Assembly (NCBI RefSeq): GCF_001677475.2
Contig: NZ_CP015229.1
Reading direction: 5' to 3' (one strand)
Source: Escherichia coli
GTDB taxonomy: Bacteria; Pseudomonadota; Gammaproteobacteria; Enterobacterales; Enterobacteriaceae
DNA: 64,000 bases
Shown: piece by piece, positions 39,781 through 51,855 of the stretch
How the letters are laid out: each line of letters begins with the position of its first letter
Numbering within the stretch: position 1 is the first letter of the stretch
The notes under the pieces: generated by a model
Database searches by the model: none
What the model was told of the DNA's origin: nothing
Seen by the model: only the letters and a program-made list of their open reading frames with translations
Position numbers and translations under genes: made by a program

Positions 39781-41514
39781 TTACTGATTACCTACCTGGT
39801 CGCCATACGGCAGCGTGTCGTAATCGATCAGCGCGTTTTTCTTGTACGGGTTACCAATCCAGCGGGTAGTTTCTTTGAACTGCGGATTCACCACTGAACG
39901 GGTTGGGTCGTAACCGTCGTAAGATAAGCCCGCCAAATCTGACCAGGTGTGGATCAGTTCCGCCAGGCTGTATTTACGATCAACATCCTGTGAGAAATCA
40001 CGCGGATGAGTCGCTTGCCATTTTTCCGACGTCCACAGCAGGAACGGAATGGTGTACATATGACGCGTCGGGTTGTCCTCATTACGCCCCTGAGTTTTGT
40101 GCGGCGGCGTGTCGTAAACCTCTTCACCGTGGTCAGAGAAGTAAACCAGGAAACCGTTCGGGTCTGCTGCTTTAAAGTCTTTAATCAGGCTGGCAACCAC
40201 ATGATCGTTATACAAGTTAGCGTTGTCATAATCGTTATATGACTCCAGTTCTTCTGCGCTTAATCCCGGCGGAACATGATCGGTATTGCCATCAAACTTG
40301 CCCTGATTTTCCGGGTAGCGGTATTTGTATTTGATATGCGTACCCAGCAGATGAACGATGATCAGTTTCTTCGGCGCAGGGTCATTCAGCACTTCCTGGA
40401 ACGGCTTCAGCACGTTGGTGTCGTATTCACGCGCACTCTGCGTACGTTGCTGGTTCATGTAGTACTGCTTGTCGGTCTGGCGCGAAAATACCGTCAGCAT
40501 GGTATTGCGGGCGGTCATCGTCTGCTGGTTGGTGATCCAGAAGGTTTTATAACCTGCCTGTTTCATCATGTTCATCAGCGACGGCTGTGTCAGATACAGG
40601 TCCGGGTTCTTTTCATTGGCAAAAGTCAGCGCCTGTTGCAGGATTTCAATGGTGTACGGACGAGACGTCACCACGTTATTAAACACGGTCAGATTCGGAT
40701 CGGTTTTATGCAGCGCATCCAGCTCCGGCGTGGTTTCACGCGGATAACCGTACAGACTCATGCGGCCACGCTGGGTCGACTCGCCAATCACCAGCACTAA
40801 AGTGCGCGGTTCGTTACCCGATTCATCTTTGAAATTCGCCAACGGCGGCAAGGCATTATTTTCATTCAGTAGCTTTGTTAGCGAGTTTAGTTGCTGACGA
40901 TACTGATAATAGCCGGTCAGGAATTGCCACGGTGCGGCAGGCTCCATACGCGATGCCAGGTTATCCAACGTTTTCTCAAACGGCTTGTTTTTGATAAACG
41001 TATTCATGGCGATCGGATGCAGAATCAAGCCATAAAGCAGGGCAAAAGAGACAACATAACGCCACGGCTTTGGAATATAGACCGGGCGCAGGCGTGTCCA
41101 CAGCAGAACTGCCACCGCCGTATAGGCCAGCGCGATAAGCACAATTTTCAGGCTGAAATACTGGCTTAAATACTCGCTGGCTTCGTTGGTGTTGGTTTCG
41201 AACATCACAAACAGAACGCTCTGCGAGAACTCCTGACCGTAGATGACGTAGTAGCACAGCGCCGCCAGAGAGGCCGCCCATAGCACCACGCCGATTACTG
41301 CGGCAATAATTTTAATCCGCTTCGGAAAGAGGAATACCGGGATCAACCACAGCGAACTGAATAACAGCGAGTCGCGAATGCCGTTAGTGCCACTATAACC
41401 ACTGATGTAAATAATGGCCTGTAGCAGAGTAGAGAAAAACCAAAAGTAGAGCAGTGCCCAACCCAGGGCTTTCCAGCTAAAAAGAGGTTTAGCCTGGACT
41501 TCTGTGGAATGCAT
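39781..41514 (-). CDS. eptC: Phosphoethanolamine transferase EptC (577 aa)
   Basis: MHSTEVQAKPLFSWKALGWALLYF...; N-terminal TM helices plus sulfatase-like domain; canonical start at codon 16 of ORF-track frame. Confidence 0.9.
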   Translation of the reverse strand: MHSTEVQAKPLFSWKALGWALLYFWFFSTLLQAIIYISGYSGTNGIRDSLLFSSLWLIPVFLFPKRIKIIAAVIGVVLWAASLAALCYYVIYGQEFSQSVLFVMFETNTNEASEYLSQYFSLKIVLIALAYTAVAVLLWTRLRPVYIPKPWRYVVSFALLYGLILHPIAMNTFIKNKPFEKTLDNLASRMEPAAPWQFLTGYYQYRQQLNSLTKLLNENNALPPLANFKDESGNEPRTLVLVIGESTQRGRMSLYGYPRETTPELDALHKTDPNLTVFNNVVTSRPYTIEILQQALTFANEKNPDLYLTQPSLMNMMKQAGYKTFWITNQQTMTARNTMLTVFSRQTDKQYYMNQQRTQSAREYDTNVLKPFQEVLNDPAPKKLIIVHLLGTHIKYKYRYPENQGKFDGNTDHVPPGLSAEELESYNDYDNANLYNDHVVASLIKDFKAADPNGFLVYFSDHGEEVYDTPPHKTQGRNEDNPTRHMYTIPFLLWTSEKWQATHPRDFSQDVDRKYSLAELIHTWSDLAGLSYDGYDPTRSVVNPQFKETTRWIGNPYKKNALIDYDTLPYGDQVGNQ

Positions 41515-41653
41515 AGTAAGAACCTGTCTTGAAAAAAATATCGCCGAATGTACCGACAATTCCTTAAGGATATCTGAAGGGATATCCAGAATTTGAATAA
41601 AATGCAGACAGAAATATATTGAAAACGAGGGTGTTAGAACAGAAGTATTTCAG

Positions 41654-41682
41654 AAAACCCTCGCGCAAAAGCGCGAGGGTTT
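41654..41682 (-). terminator. Rho-independent terminator downstream of ppc
   Basis: aaaaccctcgcgcaaaagcgcgagggttt perfect hairpin; minus-strand RNA followed by U-rich tract. Confidence 0.75.
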
Positions 41683-41696
41683 GCAGGAGAGGAAGA

Positions 41697-44348
41697 TTAG
41701 CCGGTATTACGCATACCTGCCGCAATCCCGGCAATAGTGACCATTAACGCCTGCTCGACGCGAGGATCCGGCTCATGGCCTTCTTTTTCTGCCTGGCGGG
41801 AGCGGTGCAGCAACTCGGCCTGCAATACGTTCAGCGGGTCGGTGTAAATATTCCGTAGCTGAATAGACTCTGCAATCCACGGCAGATCGGCCATCAGATG
41901 GGAATCGTTGGCAATCGCCAGCACCACTTTGATGTCTTCTTCTTGCAGATTGCGTAACTCTTTACCTAACGGCCACAGTGCTTTGTCTACCAGACGTTGA
42001 TCATAGTATTCCGCCAGCCACAGGTCTGCTTTGGCGAATACCATTTCCAGCATACCCAGACGCGTCGAGAAGAACGGCCAATCGCGGCACATAGCCTCCA
42101 GCTCGCTCTGTTTGCCGTCTTCGACCACTTTTTGCAGCGCCGTACCTGCACCCAGCCAGGCGGGGAGCATCAGGCGGTTTTGCGTCCAGGCGAAAATCCA
42201 CGGAATGGCGCGTAGTGACTCGACGCCGCCGGTTGGGCGACGTTTCGCCGGACGTGAACCCAACGGCAGTTTGCCCAGTTCTTGTTCCGGCGTAGCGGAG
42301 CGGAAGTAAGGCACAAAATCTTTGTTTTCACGTACGTAGCCACGGTAGAGATCGCAGGAGATGACTGACAGTTCATCCATAATGCGACGCCAGCTCTCTT
42401 TCGGCTCAGGTGGTGGCAGCAGGTTGGCTTCCAGAATCGCCCCGGTGTACAGCGACAGGCTGCTGACGGTGATTTCTGGCAGACCATATTTAAAGCGGAT
42501 CATCTCGCCCTGTTCAGTCACGCGCAGGCCACCTTTCAGGCTTCCTGGCGGTTGTGACAGCAGCGCCGCATGAGCAGGTGCGCCGCCACGACCAATGGAA
42601 CCGCCGCGACCGTGGAACAACGTCAGCTCAATACCCGCTTTTTCGCAGGTTTTGATTAATGCATCCTGTGCCTGATATTGCGCCCAGGAAGCTGCCATCA
42701 CGCCCGCATCTTTTGCTGAGTCGGAATAGCCAATCATCACCATCTGTTTGCCCTGAATCAGGCCGCGATACCAGTCGATATTGAGCAGCTGGGTCATGAC
42801 ATCGTTGGCGTTGTTCAGGTCATCGAGAGTTTCAAACAGCGGAGCAACCGGCATTGCAAACCCGATACCCGCTTCTTTCAGCAGCAGGTGGACAGCCAGC
42901 ACGTCGGACGGCGTTTTCGCCATCGAGATCACGTAGGCGGCAATGGAGCCTTGCGGCGCTTCGGCAATCACCTGGCAGGTATCGAGCACTTCGCGCGTTT
43001 CGGCGCTTGGTTGCCAGTTGCGCGGCAGAAGCGGACGTTTGGAGTTCAGTTCGCGGATCAGGAACGCCTGTTTGTCGGCCTCTGACCAGCTTTCGTAGTC
43101 GCCGATACCGAGGTAGCGGGTCAGCTCGCCCAGCGCTTCGGTATGGCGGGTGCTCTCCTGACGGATATCAATACGGACCAGCGGTACGCCGAAACATTTC
43201 ACGCGGCGCAGGGTGTCGAGCAGATCGCCGTTGGCGATAATACCCATGCCACACGCCTGAAGTGACTGGTAGCAAGCGTAGAGCGGTTCCCACAGTTCTT
43301 CGTTTTGTGTCAGCAGGCCTTCTGGTTTTGGCAGTTCTTCGCCTTTCAGGCGCGCTTCCAGCCATGCCTGTGTCGCCATCAGGCGAGAACGCAGGTTTTT
43401 CATCAGATAGCGATACGGTTCTGCGGCACCTTCTTCGCCAACCAGCGCCAGCAGTTCAGGGGTCGCTTCAACCATCGACAGTTCAGAAACCAGCACCTGA
43501 ATATCTTTCAGGAACAGATCGGTGGCTTTCCAGCGACTGAGCAGCAGGACGTGGCGGGTGATATCGGCAGTGACGTTCGGGTTGCCGTCGCGGTCACCGC
43601 CCATCCACGAGGTAAAACGGACCGGAACAAATTCGACGGGCAGTTTGTAGCCGAGATTCTCTTCCAGTTGTTCGTTCAGTTCGCGCAGGTAATTTGGTAC
43701 GCCTTGCCACAGGCTGTTTTCTACTACGGCAAAGCCCCATTTGGCTTCATCTACCGGGCTTGGACGCAGCTTACGGATTTCATCGGTATGCCATGACTGG
43801 GCGATCAACTGGCGCAGGCGGCGCATCAGCTGGTTGTGTTCGTAGTCAGCGATATCTTTGTTATCGAGCTGTTTTAAACAGGCGTTCACTTCCACCATTT
43901 TGTGGATCAGCGTACGACGGGTAATTTCGGTTGGGTGAGCCGTGAGGACCAGTTCCAGCGACAGCGATTCCACTGCTTTTTTGATGGTGTCTTCGCTCAG
44001 TTCCGGCTGGTTTTTCAGTTTACGCAGGGTGCGGGCGATCACTTCCGGGTTGCTGGCAGCTTCGCCTTTCGGCGAAATGCTGTGGTATTGCTCGGCGGTG
44101 TTGGCCAGGTTCAGGAACTGACTAAACGCACGCGCAACGGGCAGCAGCTCGTCGTTCGACAAATTTTGTAAGGTGGTGAGCAACTCCTGGCGGTTAGCAT
44201 CATTGCCAGCGCGTGAAGATTTGGACAACTTACGGATAGTTTCTACGCGTTCAAGAATGTGTTCTCCCAACGCATCCTTGATGGTTTCTCCCAGCACTTT
44301 GCCGAGCATACTGACATTACTACGCAATGCGGAATATTGTTCGTTCAT
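41697..44348 (-). CDS. ppc: Phosphoenolpyruvate carboxylase (883 aa)
   Basis: ORF 883 aa recognised as Ppc ([29 protein letters not shown]). Confidence 0.96.
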   Translation of the reverse strand: MNEQYSALRSNVSMLGKVLGETIKDALGEHILERVETIRKLSKSSRAGNDANRQELLTTLQNLSNDELLPVARAFSQFLNLANTAEQYHSISPKGEAASNPEVIARTLRKLKNQPELSEDTIKKAVESLSLELVLTAHPTEITRRTLIHKMVEVNACLKQLDNKDIADYEHNQLMRRLRQLIAQSWHTDEIRKLRPSPVDEAKWGFAVVENSLWQGVPNYLRELNEQLEENLGYKLPVEFVPVRFTSWMGGDRDGNPNVTADITRHVLLLSRWKATDLFLKDIQVLVSELSMVEATPELLALVGEEGAAEPYRYLMKNLRSRLMATQAWLEARLKGEELPKPEGLLTQNEELWEPLYACYQSLQACGMGIIANGDLLDTLRRVKCFGVPLVRIDIRQESTRHTEALGELTRYLGIGDYESWSEADKQAFLIRELNSKRPLLPRNWQPSAETREVLDTCQVIAEAPQGSIAAYVISMAKTPSDVLAVHLLLKEAGIGFAMPVAPLFETLDDLNNANDVMTQLLNIDWYRGLIQGKQMVMIGYSDSAKDAGVMAASWAQYQAQDALIKTCEKAGIELTLFHGRGGSIGRGGAPAHAALLSQPPGSLKGGLRVTEQGEMIRFKYGLPEITVSSLSLYTGAILEANLLPPPEPKESWRRIMDELSVISCDLYRGYVRENKDFVPYFRSATPEQELGKLPLGSRPAKRRPTGGVESLRAIPWIFAWTQNRLMLPAWLGAGTALQKVVEDGKQSELEAMCRDWPFFSTRLGMLEMVFAKADLWLAEYYDQRLVDKALWPLGKELRNLQEEDIKVVLAIANDSHLMADLPWIAESIQLRNIYTDPLNVLQAELLHRSRQAEKEGHEPDPRVEQALMVTIAGIAAGMRNTG

Positions 44349-44676
44349 ATTACCCCAGACACCCCATCTTATCGTTTGATAGCCCTGTATCCTTCACGTC
44401 GCATTGGCGCGAATATGCTCGGGCTTTGCTTTTCGTCGTCTTTTATAAAGCCACGTAAAAGCGGTGACGTCAAATGCTGCGAAATCGCTTCAGCAAACGA
44501 ATAAATAGCAGGAATTTACGTCATTAAATTCACGACGCTTTAAATAAGCGTAACTTATGGGAATGTTAAAAAATCGCCTCAAGTAACACCAAAGAGTTAT
44601 GAGTTGTAGTTACCATTTGGGCAATCATCTGAGATTGCTGACAAACTCGTTTACGGGTCAGTATGGGCACGGTTTT

Positions 44677-44716
44677 CCCCTCACCCTAACCCTCTCCCCG
44701 AAGGGGCGAGGGGACT
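44677..44716. repeat. GC-rich imperfect palindromic element in ppc-argE intergenic region
   Basis: cccctcaccctaaccctctcccc-gaa-ggggcgaggggac; stem cctctcccc / ggggcgagg; resembles a dispersed E. coli intergenic repeat family, exact family not assigned. Confidence 0.45.
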
Positions 44717-44760
44717 GTCCGTGCGCTTGCATGGCTTTGTCATCAGCCTGATTTGCTTTT

Positions 44761-45912
44761 TTAATGCCAGCAAAAATGATGAATTACCTGGGTTATCAGT
44801 TCGCGGGTGGGCTTGATAAACCGTGTTTCCAGATATTCATCAGGCTGATGAGCCTGATTAATTGAGCCAGGGCCCAGAACCAGCGTCGGGCATAACGTTT
44901 GAATAAACGGCGCTTCGGTACAGTAATTCACCACTTCGGTCTTTGCTCCGAGCAATTTCTCAACTACTTCAACCAGTTGATGATTTGGCGGGCATTCATA
45001 GCCAGGGATCGGCGGATGCAGCTCGTCGACCGTCAGACGACCCGGCCAGCGTTCGCTCACCGGAGCCAGCGCATCGTTGAGTAGGCCATTAAGTTCATTG
45101 AGTGTCATGCCCGGCAGCGGACGAATATCCATATGCAACTCACAGCAAGCGCAGATACGGTTAGCCGCGTCGCCGCCGTGAATATGACCGAGGTTAAGCG
45201 TGGGGTAAGGCACGGTAAATGCCTCATAGTGATAGCGTTCTTTAAGATTGTCACGCAGTTGCAGGATATGACCGATGGCGTCGTGCATCAGTTCGATAGC
45301 GTTAACTCCGCGTGCTGGATCGCTGGAGTGGCCCGACTGGCCCTGAATACGGATGGCGTTAGAGATATGACCTTTATGTGCGCGTACCGGTTGTAGTGAC
45401 GTCGGTTCGCCAATGATGGCGCAATCCGGGCGCAGGGCGGTAGTTTCGGCAAAATAACGCGCTCCGGCCATACTGGTTTCTTCATCGGCAGTCGCCAGAA
45501 TGTAGAGCGGTTTTTTCAGTTTCGTGACGTCGACATCGCGTAGCGCATCAAGGATAAACGCAAAAAAGCCTTTCATGTCGGCGGTGCCTAAGCCGTAAAG
45601 CTTGCCGTCATGCTCCGTCAGTGTAAACGGATCGCGCGTCCAGCGTCCGTCATCAAATGGCACCGTATCGGTATGCCCCGCCAGCAACAAGCCGCCAGCC
45701 CCCTGTCCGGTACTTGCCAGCATATTAAATTTGTTGCGAGTTCCTGGCACAGGCTGCACTTCCACATTGAAGCCTAAATCTTTAAACCAGTCCGCCAGCA
45801 GAGTGATTAAATCTGCATTGCTTTGATCGAGTGCCTCTTCCGTGGCGCTTATTGAAGGTGTGGCAATCAGAGCACGGTAAATCTCGATAAATGGCGGTAA
45901 TTTGTTTTTCAT
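44761..45912 (-). CDS. argE: Acetylornithine deacetylase (383 aa)
   Basis: [23 protein letters not shown]...; M20 peptidase family; canonical start at codon 14 of ORF-track frame. Confidence 0.93.
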   Translation of the reverse strand: MKNKLPPFIEIYRALIATPSISATEEALDQSNADLITLLADWFKDLGFNVEVQPVPGTRNKFNMLASTGQGAGGLLLAGHTDTVPFDDGRWTRDPFTLTEHDGKLYGLGTADMKGFFAFILDALRDVDVTKLKKPLYILATADEETSMAGARYFAETTALRPDCAIIGEPTSLQPVRAHKGHISNAIRIQGQSGHSSDPARGVNAIELMHDAIGHILQLRDNLKERYHYEAFTVPYPTLNLGHIHGGDAANRICACCELHMDIRPLPGMTLNELNGLLNDALAPVSERWPGRLTVDELHPPIPGYECPPNHQLVEVVEKLLGAKTEVVNYCTEAPFIQTLCPTLVLGPGSINQAHQPDEYLETRFIKPTRELITQVIHHFCWH

Positions 45913-46065
45913 TGTTGACACACCTCTGGTCATGATAGTATCAATATTCATGCAGTATTTATGAATAAAAATACACTAACGTTGAGCGTAATAAAACCCA
46001 CCAGCCGTAAGGTGAATGTTTTACGTTTAACCTGGCAACCAGACATAAGAAGGTGAATAGCCCCG
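45913..46065. promoter_or_regulatory. argE / argCBH divergent promoter region with ARG boxes
   Basis: AT-rich block aatattcatgcagtatttatgaataaaaatacact containing TGAAT...ATTCA-type ArgR operator half-sites. Confidence 0.6.
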
Positions 46066-47070
46066 ATGTTGAATACGCTGATTGTGGGTGCCAGCGGCTA
46101 CGCTGGCGCAGAGCTAGTGACCTATGTAAATCGCCATCCGCATATGAACATAACCGCTTTGACTGTTTCAGCGCAAAGCAATGATGCGGGAAAGTTAATC
46201 TCCGATTTGCATCCGCAGCTAAAAGGCATCGTTGATCTGCCGTTGCAGCCGATGTCGGATATCAGCGAGTTTAGCCCAGGGGTGGACGTGGTGTTTCTCG
46301 CCACCGCCCATGACGTTAGCCACGATTTAGCGCCGCAATTTCTTGAAGCCGGCTGCGTGGTGTTCGACCTTTCCGGCGCGTTTCGTGTTAACGACGCCAC
46401 CTTCTATGAAAAATATTACGGCTTTACCCATCAGTATCCGGAACTGCTGGAACAGGCAGCCTACGGTCTGGCCGAGTGGTGCGGTAATAAATTAAAAGAA
46501 GCGAACTTGATTGCGGTGCCAGGCTGTTATCCGACGGCGGCACAGCTGGCGCTGAAACCGTTGATAGATGCCGATCTTCTTGACCTCAATCAGTGGCCGG
46601 TGATCAACGCCACCAGCGGCGTGAGCGGTGCAGGACGTAAGGCAGCGATTTCAAATAGTTTTTGTGAAGTTAGCCTGCAACCGTATGGCATCTTTACCCA
46701 TCGCCATCAACCAGAGATCGCCACACACCTCGGTGCTGACGTTATCTTCACCCCGCATCTGGGCAATTTCCCGCGCGGCATTCTCGAAACCATTACCTGC
46801 CGCCTGAAATCGGGTGTGACCCAGGCGCAAGTCGCGCAAGTGTTACAGCAGGCGTATGCCCATAAACCGCTGGTGCGGCTGTATGACAAAGGCGTTCCGG
46901 CGCTGAAAAATGTCGTTGGGCTGCCATTTTGCGATATCGGGTTTGCCGTTCAGGGCGAGCATCTGATTATTGTGGCGACCGAAGACAACTTACTGAAAGG
47001 CGCGGCGGCACAAGCGGTACAGTGCGCCAATATTCGTTTCGGCTATGCGGAAACGCAGTCTCTTATTTAA
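46066..47070 (+). CDS. argC: N-acetyl-gamma-glutamyl-phosphate reductase (334 aa)
   Basis: ORF 334 aa, [20 protein letters not shown]-binding N-terminus. Confidence 0.95.
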   Translation: MLNTLIVGASGYAGAELVTYVNRHPHMNITALTVSAQSNDAGKLISDLHPQLKGIVDLPLQPMSDISEFSPGVDVVFLATAHDVSHDLAPQFLEAGCVVFDLSGAFRVNDATFYEKYYGFTHQYPELLEQAAYGLAEWCGNKLKEANLIAVPGCYPTAAQLALKPLIDADLLDLNQWPVINATSGVSGAGRKAAISNSFCEVSLQPYGIFTHRHQPEIATHLGADVIFTPHLGNFPRGILETITCRLKSGVTQAQVAQVLQQAYAHKPLVRLYDKGVPALKNVVGLPFCDIGFAVQGEHLIIVATEDNLLKGAAAQAVQCANIRFGYAETQSLI

Positions 47071-47077
47071 GGGTGCA

Positions 47078-47854
47078 ATGATGAATCCATTAATTATCAA
47101 ACTGGGCGGCGTACTGCTGGATAGTGAAGAGGCGCTGGAACGTCTGTTTAGCGCACTGGTGAATTATCGTGAGTCACATCAGCGTCCGCTGGTGATTGTG
47201 CACGGCGGCGGTTGCGTGGTGGATGAGCTGATGAAAGGGCTGAATCTGCCGGTGAAAAAGAAAAATGGCCTGCGGGTGACGCCTGCTGATCAGATAGACA
47301 TTATCACCGGAGCACTGGCGGGAACGGCAAATAAAACCCTGCTGGCATGGGCGAAGAAACATCAGATTGCGTCCGTAGGTTTGTTTCTCGGTGACGGCGA
47401 CAGCGTCAAAGTGATCCAGCTTGATGAAGAGTTAGGCCATGTTGGACTGGCGCAGCCAGGTTCGCCTAAGCTTATCAACTCCTTGCTGGAGAACGGCTAT
47501 CTGCCGGTGGTCAGCTCCATTGGCGTAACAGACGAAGGGCAACTGATGAACGTCAATGCTGACCAGGCAGCGACGGCGCTGGCGGCAACGCTGGGCGCGG
47601 ATCTGATTTTGCTCTCCGACGTCAGTGGCATTCTCGACGGCAAAGGGCAACGCATTGCCGAAATGACCGCCGCGAAAGCAGAACAACTGATTGAGCAGGG
47701 CATTATTACTGACGGCATGATAGTGAAAGTGAACGCGGCGCTGGATGCTGCGCGCACGTTGGGCCGTCCGGTAGATATCGCCTCCTGGCGTCATGCGGAA
47801 CAGCTTCCGGCACTGTTTAACGGTATGCCGATGGGTACGCGGATTTTAGCTTAA
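47078..47854 (+). CDS. argB: Acetylglutamate kinase (258 aa)
   Basis: [20 protein letters not shown]; canonical ATG 47078 eight nt after argC stop. Confidence 0.93.
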   Translation: MMNPLIIKLGGVLLDSEEALERLFSALVNYRESHQRPLVIVHGGGCVVDELMKGLNLPVKKKNGLRVTPADQIDIITGALAGTANKTLLAWAKKHQIASVGLFLGDGDSVKVIQLDEELGHVGLAQPGSPKLINSLLENGYLPVVSSIGVTDEGQLMNVNADQAATALAATLGADLILLSDVSGILDGKGQRIAEMTAAKAEQLIEQGIITDGMIVKVNAALDAARTLGRPVDIASWRHAEQLPALFNGMPMGTRILA

Positions 47855-47914
47855 GTTTTGTTAGCCGGAGGCGCAGCTTTCCGGCATTGAATTTCAAAAT
47901 AAGGAAACAGAGTT

Positions 47915-49288
47915 ATGGCACTTTGGGGCGGGCGTTTTACCCAGGCAGCAGATCAACGGTTCAAACAATTCAACGACTCACTGCGTTTTGATTACCGTCT
48001 GGCGGAGCAGGATATTGTTGGCTCTGTGGCCTGGTCCAAAGCCCTGGTAACGGTCGGTGTGCTGACCGCAGAAGAACAGGCGCAACTGGAAGAGGCGCTG
48101 AACGTGCTGCTGGAAGATGTTCGCGCCAGGCCACAACAAATCCTTGAAAGCGACGCCGAAGATATCCATAGCTGGGTGGAAGGCAAACTGATCGACAAAG
48201 TGGGTCAGTTAGGCAAAAAACTGCACACCGGGCGTAGCCGTAATGATCAGGTAGCGACTGACCTGAAACTGTGGTGCAAAGATACCGTTAGCGAGTTGCT
48301 GACGGCTAACCGGCAGCTGCAATCGGCGCTGGTGGAAACCGCACAAAACAATCAGGACGCGGTAATGCCAGGTTACACTCACCTGCAACGCGCCCAGCCG
48401 GTGACGTTCGCTCACTGGTGTCTGGCGTATGTTGAGATGCTGGCGCGCGATGAAAGCCGTTTGCAGGATGCGCTTAAGCGTCTGGATGTCAGCCCGCTAG
48501 GCTGTGGCGCGCTGGCGGGAACAGCCTATGAAATCGACCGTGAACAGTTAGCAGGCTGGCTGGGCTTTGCTTCGGCGACCCGTAACAGTCTCGACAGCGT
48601 TTCTGACCGTGACCACGTGCTGGAACTGCTTTCTGCTGCCGCTATCGGCATGGTGCATCTGTCGCGTTTTGCTGAAGACCTGATCTTCTTTAACACCGGC
48701 GAGGCGGGGTTTGTGGAGCTTTCTGACCGCGTGACTTCCGGTTCATCATTAATGCCGCAGAAGAAAAATCCGGATGCGCTGGAGCTGATTCGCGGTAAAT
48801 GCGGTCGGGTGCAGGGTGCGTTAACCGGCATGATGATGACGCTGAAAGGTTTGCCGCTGGCTTACAACAAAGATATGCAGGAAGACAAAGAAGGTCTGTT
48901 CGACGCGCTCGATACCTGGCTGGACTGCCTGCATATGGCGGCGCTGGTGCTGGACGGCATTCAGGTGAAACGTCCGCGTTGCCAGGAAGCGGCTCAGCAG
49001 GGTTACGCCAACGCCACTGAACTGGCGGATTACCTGGTGGCGAAAGGCGTACCGTTCCGCGAGGCGCACCATATTGTTGGTGAAGCGGTGGTGGAAGCCA
49101 TTCGTCAGGGCAAACCGCTGGAAGATCTGCCACTCAGTGAGTTGCAGAAATTCAGTCAGGTGATTGACGAAGATGTCTATCCGATTCTGTCGCTGCAATC
49201 GTGCCTCGACAAGCGTGCGGCAAAAGGCGGCGTCTCACCGCAGCAGGTGGCGCAGGCGATTGCTTTTGCGCAGGCGCGGTTGGGGTAA
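47915..49288 (+). CDS. argH: Argininosuccinate lyase (457 aa)
   Basis: [26 protein letters not shown]; fumarase/aspartase family signature [12 protein letters not shown]. Confidence 0.96.
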
Positions 49289-49312
49289 GAACATTTATAT
49301 GTACAAATTTGA

Positions 49313-49338
49313 GCCTGGCTTATCGCCGGGCTTTTTTA
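49313..49338 (+). terminator. Rho-independent terminator of argCBH
   Basis: gcctggc-ttatc-gccgggc hairpin followed by ttttttat. Confidence 0.7.
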
Positions 49339-49339
49339 T

Positions 49340-49459
49340 GGCAAAAAAAAGCGGATCCTGGAGATCCGCAAAAGTTCACGTTGGCTTTAGTTATTCGAGT
49401 TGAGAAACTCTCGAAACGGGCAGTGACTTCAAGGGTTAAAAGAGGTGCCGCTCCGTTTC
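49340..49459 (-). ncRNA. oxyS: OxyS small regulatory RNA (oxidative-stress sRNA)
   Basis: Minus-strand sequence GAAACGGAGCGGCACCUCUUUUAACCCUUGAAGUCACUGCCCGUUUCGAGAG...GCGGAUCUCCAGGAUCCGCUUUUUUUUGCC matches OxyS as recalled; terminal hairpin plus U8; divergent from oxyR. Confidence 0.9.
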
Positions 49460-49554
49460 TGTGAGCAATTATCAGTCAGAATGCTTGATAGGGATAATCG
49501 TTCGTTGCTATGCTACCTATCGCCGCGAACTATCGTGGCAATGGAGGATGGATA
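49460..49554. promoter_or_regulatory. oxyR-oxyS divergent promoter / OxyR binding region
   Basis: Intergenic region between oxyS 5' end and oxyR ATG; established OxyR autoregulatory site location; individual ATAG-type repeats not mapped here. Confidence 0.55.
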
Positions 49555-50472
49555 ATGAATATTCGTGATCTTGAGTACCTGGTGGCATTGGCCGAACACC
49601 GCCATTTTCGGCGTGCGGCAGATTCCTGCCACGTTAGCCAGCCGACGCTTAGCGGCCAAATTCGTAAGCTGGAAGATGAGCTGGGCGTGATGTTGCTGGA
49701 GCGGACCAGCCGTAAAGTGTTGTTCACCCAGGCGGGAATGCTGCTGGTGGATCAGGCGCGTACCGTGCTGCGTGAGGTGAAAGTCCTTAAAGAGATGGCA
49801 AGCCAGCAGGGCGAGACGATGTCCGGACCGCTGCATATTGGTTTGATTCCTACGGTTGGACCGTACCTGCTACCGCATATTATCCCGATGCTGCACCAGA
49901 CATTTCCAAAGCTGGAAATGTATCTGCATGAAGCACAGACCCACCAGTTACTGGCGCAACTGGACAGCGGCAAACTCGATTGCGTGATCCTCGCGCTGGT
50001 GAAAGAGAGCGAAGCATTCATTGAAGTGCCGTTGTTTGATGAGCCAATGTTGCTGGCTATCTATGAAGATCACCCGTGGGCGAACCGCGAATGCGTACCG
50101 ATGGCCGATCTGGCAGGGGAAAAACTGCTGATGCTGGAAGATGGTCACTGTTTGCGCGATCAGGCAATGGGTTTCTGTTTTGAAGCCGGGGCGGATGAAG
50201 ATACACACTTCCGCGCGACCAGCCTGGAGACGCTGCGCAACATGGTGGCGGCAGGTAGCGGGATCACTTTACTGCCAGCGCTGGCTGTGCCGCCGGAGCG
50301 CAAACGCGATGGGGTTGTTTATCTGCCGTGCATTAAGCCGGAACCACGCCGCACTATTGGCCTGGTTTATCGTCCTGGCTCACCGCTGCGCAGCCGCTAT
50401 GAGCAGCTGGCAGAGGCCATCCGCGCAAGAATGGATGGCCATTTCGATAAAGTGTTAAAACAGGCGGTTTAA
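49555..50472 (+). CDS. oxyR: LysR-family hydrogen-peroxide sensor/regulator OxyR (305 aa)
   Basis: [44 protein letters not shown]; Cys199/Cys208 region present (DGHCLRD ... FCFEAG). Confidence 0.96.
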   Translation: MNIRDLEYLVALAEHRHFRRAADSCHVSQPTLSGQIRKLEDELGVMLLERTSRKVLFTQAGMLLVDQARTVLREVKVLKEMASQQGETMSGPLHIGLIPTVGPYLLPHIIPMLHQTFPKLEMYLHEAQTHQLLAQLDSGKLDCVILALVKESEAFIEVPLFDEPMLLAIYEDHPWANRECVPMADLAGEKLLMLEDGHCLRDQAMGFCFEAGADEDTHFRATSLETLRNMVAAGSGITLLPALAVPPERKRDGVVYLPCIKPEPRRTIGLVYRPGSPLRSRYEQLAEAIRARMDGHFDKVLKQAV

Positions 50473-51855
50473 ACCGTTTAACGCAGCTACCCGATAGGCT
50501 TCCGCCATGGTCGGGTAGTTAAAGGTGGTGTTGACGAAGTACTCAATAGTGTTGCCGCCACCTTTCTGTTCCATAATCGCCTGACCGATATGAATAATTT
50601 CGGCAGCGCGCTCGCCAAAGCAGTGAATACCCAGAATCTCTTTTGTTTCCCGATGGAACAAAATTTTCAGCGTGCCCACGTTCATGCCGACGATTTGTGC
50701 ACGTGCCAGATGTTTAAACTGGGCGCGGCCCACTTCATATGGCACTTTCATCGCGGTCAGCTGCTGTTCGGTTTTGCCCACAGAGCTGATTTCCGGGATG
50801 GTGTAAATGCCGGTAGGGATATCTTCAATCAGATGCGCGGTGGCTTCGCCTTTTACCAGCGCCTGCGCGGCAATGCGCCCCTGGTCATAGGCCGCTGATG
50901 CCAGGCTCGGATAACCAATCACGTCGCCCACCGCGTAAACGTGCGGCTGTGCGGTCTGATACATGCTGTTGACCTTCAGCTGTCCGCGACTGTCAGTTTC
51001 CAGCCCAATGTTCTGTAACGCCAGCGAATCGGTATTACCGGTACGACCGTTGGCATAGAGCAGGCAGTCAGCTTTCAGTTTTTTACCCGACTTCAGATGC
51101 ATGATCACACCGTCGTCACAGCCTTCGATCTTCTCGTACTCTTCGTTGTGACGAATCACTACGCCACTGTTCCAGAAGTGATAGGAGAGAGAATCTGACA
51201 TCTCTTGATCGAGAAATGCCAGCAGGCGATCGCGGGTGTTGATCAGATCCACTTTTACATCCATACCGCGGAAGATCGACGCATATTCACAGCCGATCAC
51301 TCCAGCACCATAGATAAGTACATGGCGCGGTTCGTGGTGCATGCTGAGAATTGAGTCGCTGTCGTAAATGCGTGGATGGGTGAAATCAACATCTGTTGGA
51401 TGATATGGACGAGAGCCGCAGGCAATAACAAATTTTTCAGCGGTTAGCGTTTCAACGCTGCCGTCCGGGCAATCCAGCGCCAACGTATGCTCGTCAACAA
51501 AGCGAGCGTTCCCCTGCAATATTTCACAGTGATTACGTTCGTAAAATCCCTGACGCATGCGCGTTTGTTGATTAATCACGTTATCGGCATGGTTAAGGAT
51601 ATCGGCAAAAGAAGAGCGGAGCAGTCGGGAATGGTCGCTGTATAGTGGGTTTTGATTGAATTCTATAATGCGGCTGACGGCGTGACGGAGAGCTTTCGAC
51701 GGGATGGTGCCCCAGTGGGTGCAACCGCCGCCAACATTTTGATAACGCTCGATAACTGCGACGCGCGCACCTTGCTTAACCAGGCCCATTGCAGCGCCTT
51801 CGCCGCCGGGGCCGGAACCTATTACTATGGCATCGTAATCGTAGGAATGTGGCAT
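50455..51855 (-). CDS. sthA: Soluble pyridine nucleotide transhydrogenase (466 aa)
   Basis: [28 protein letters not shown]-binding N-terminus; 3' end overlaps oxyR 3' end convergently by 18 nt. Confidence 0.95.
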
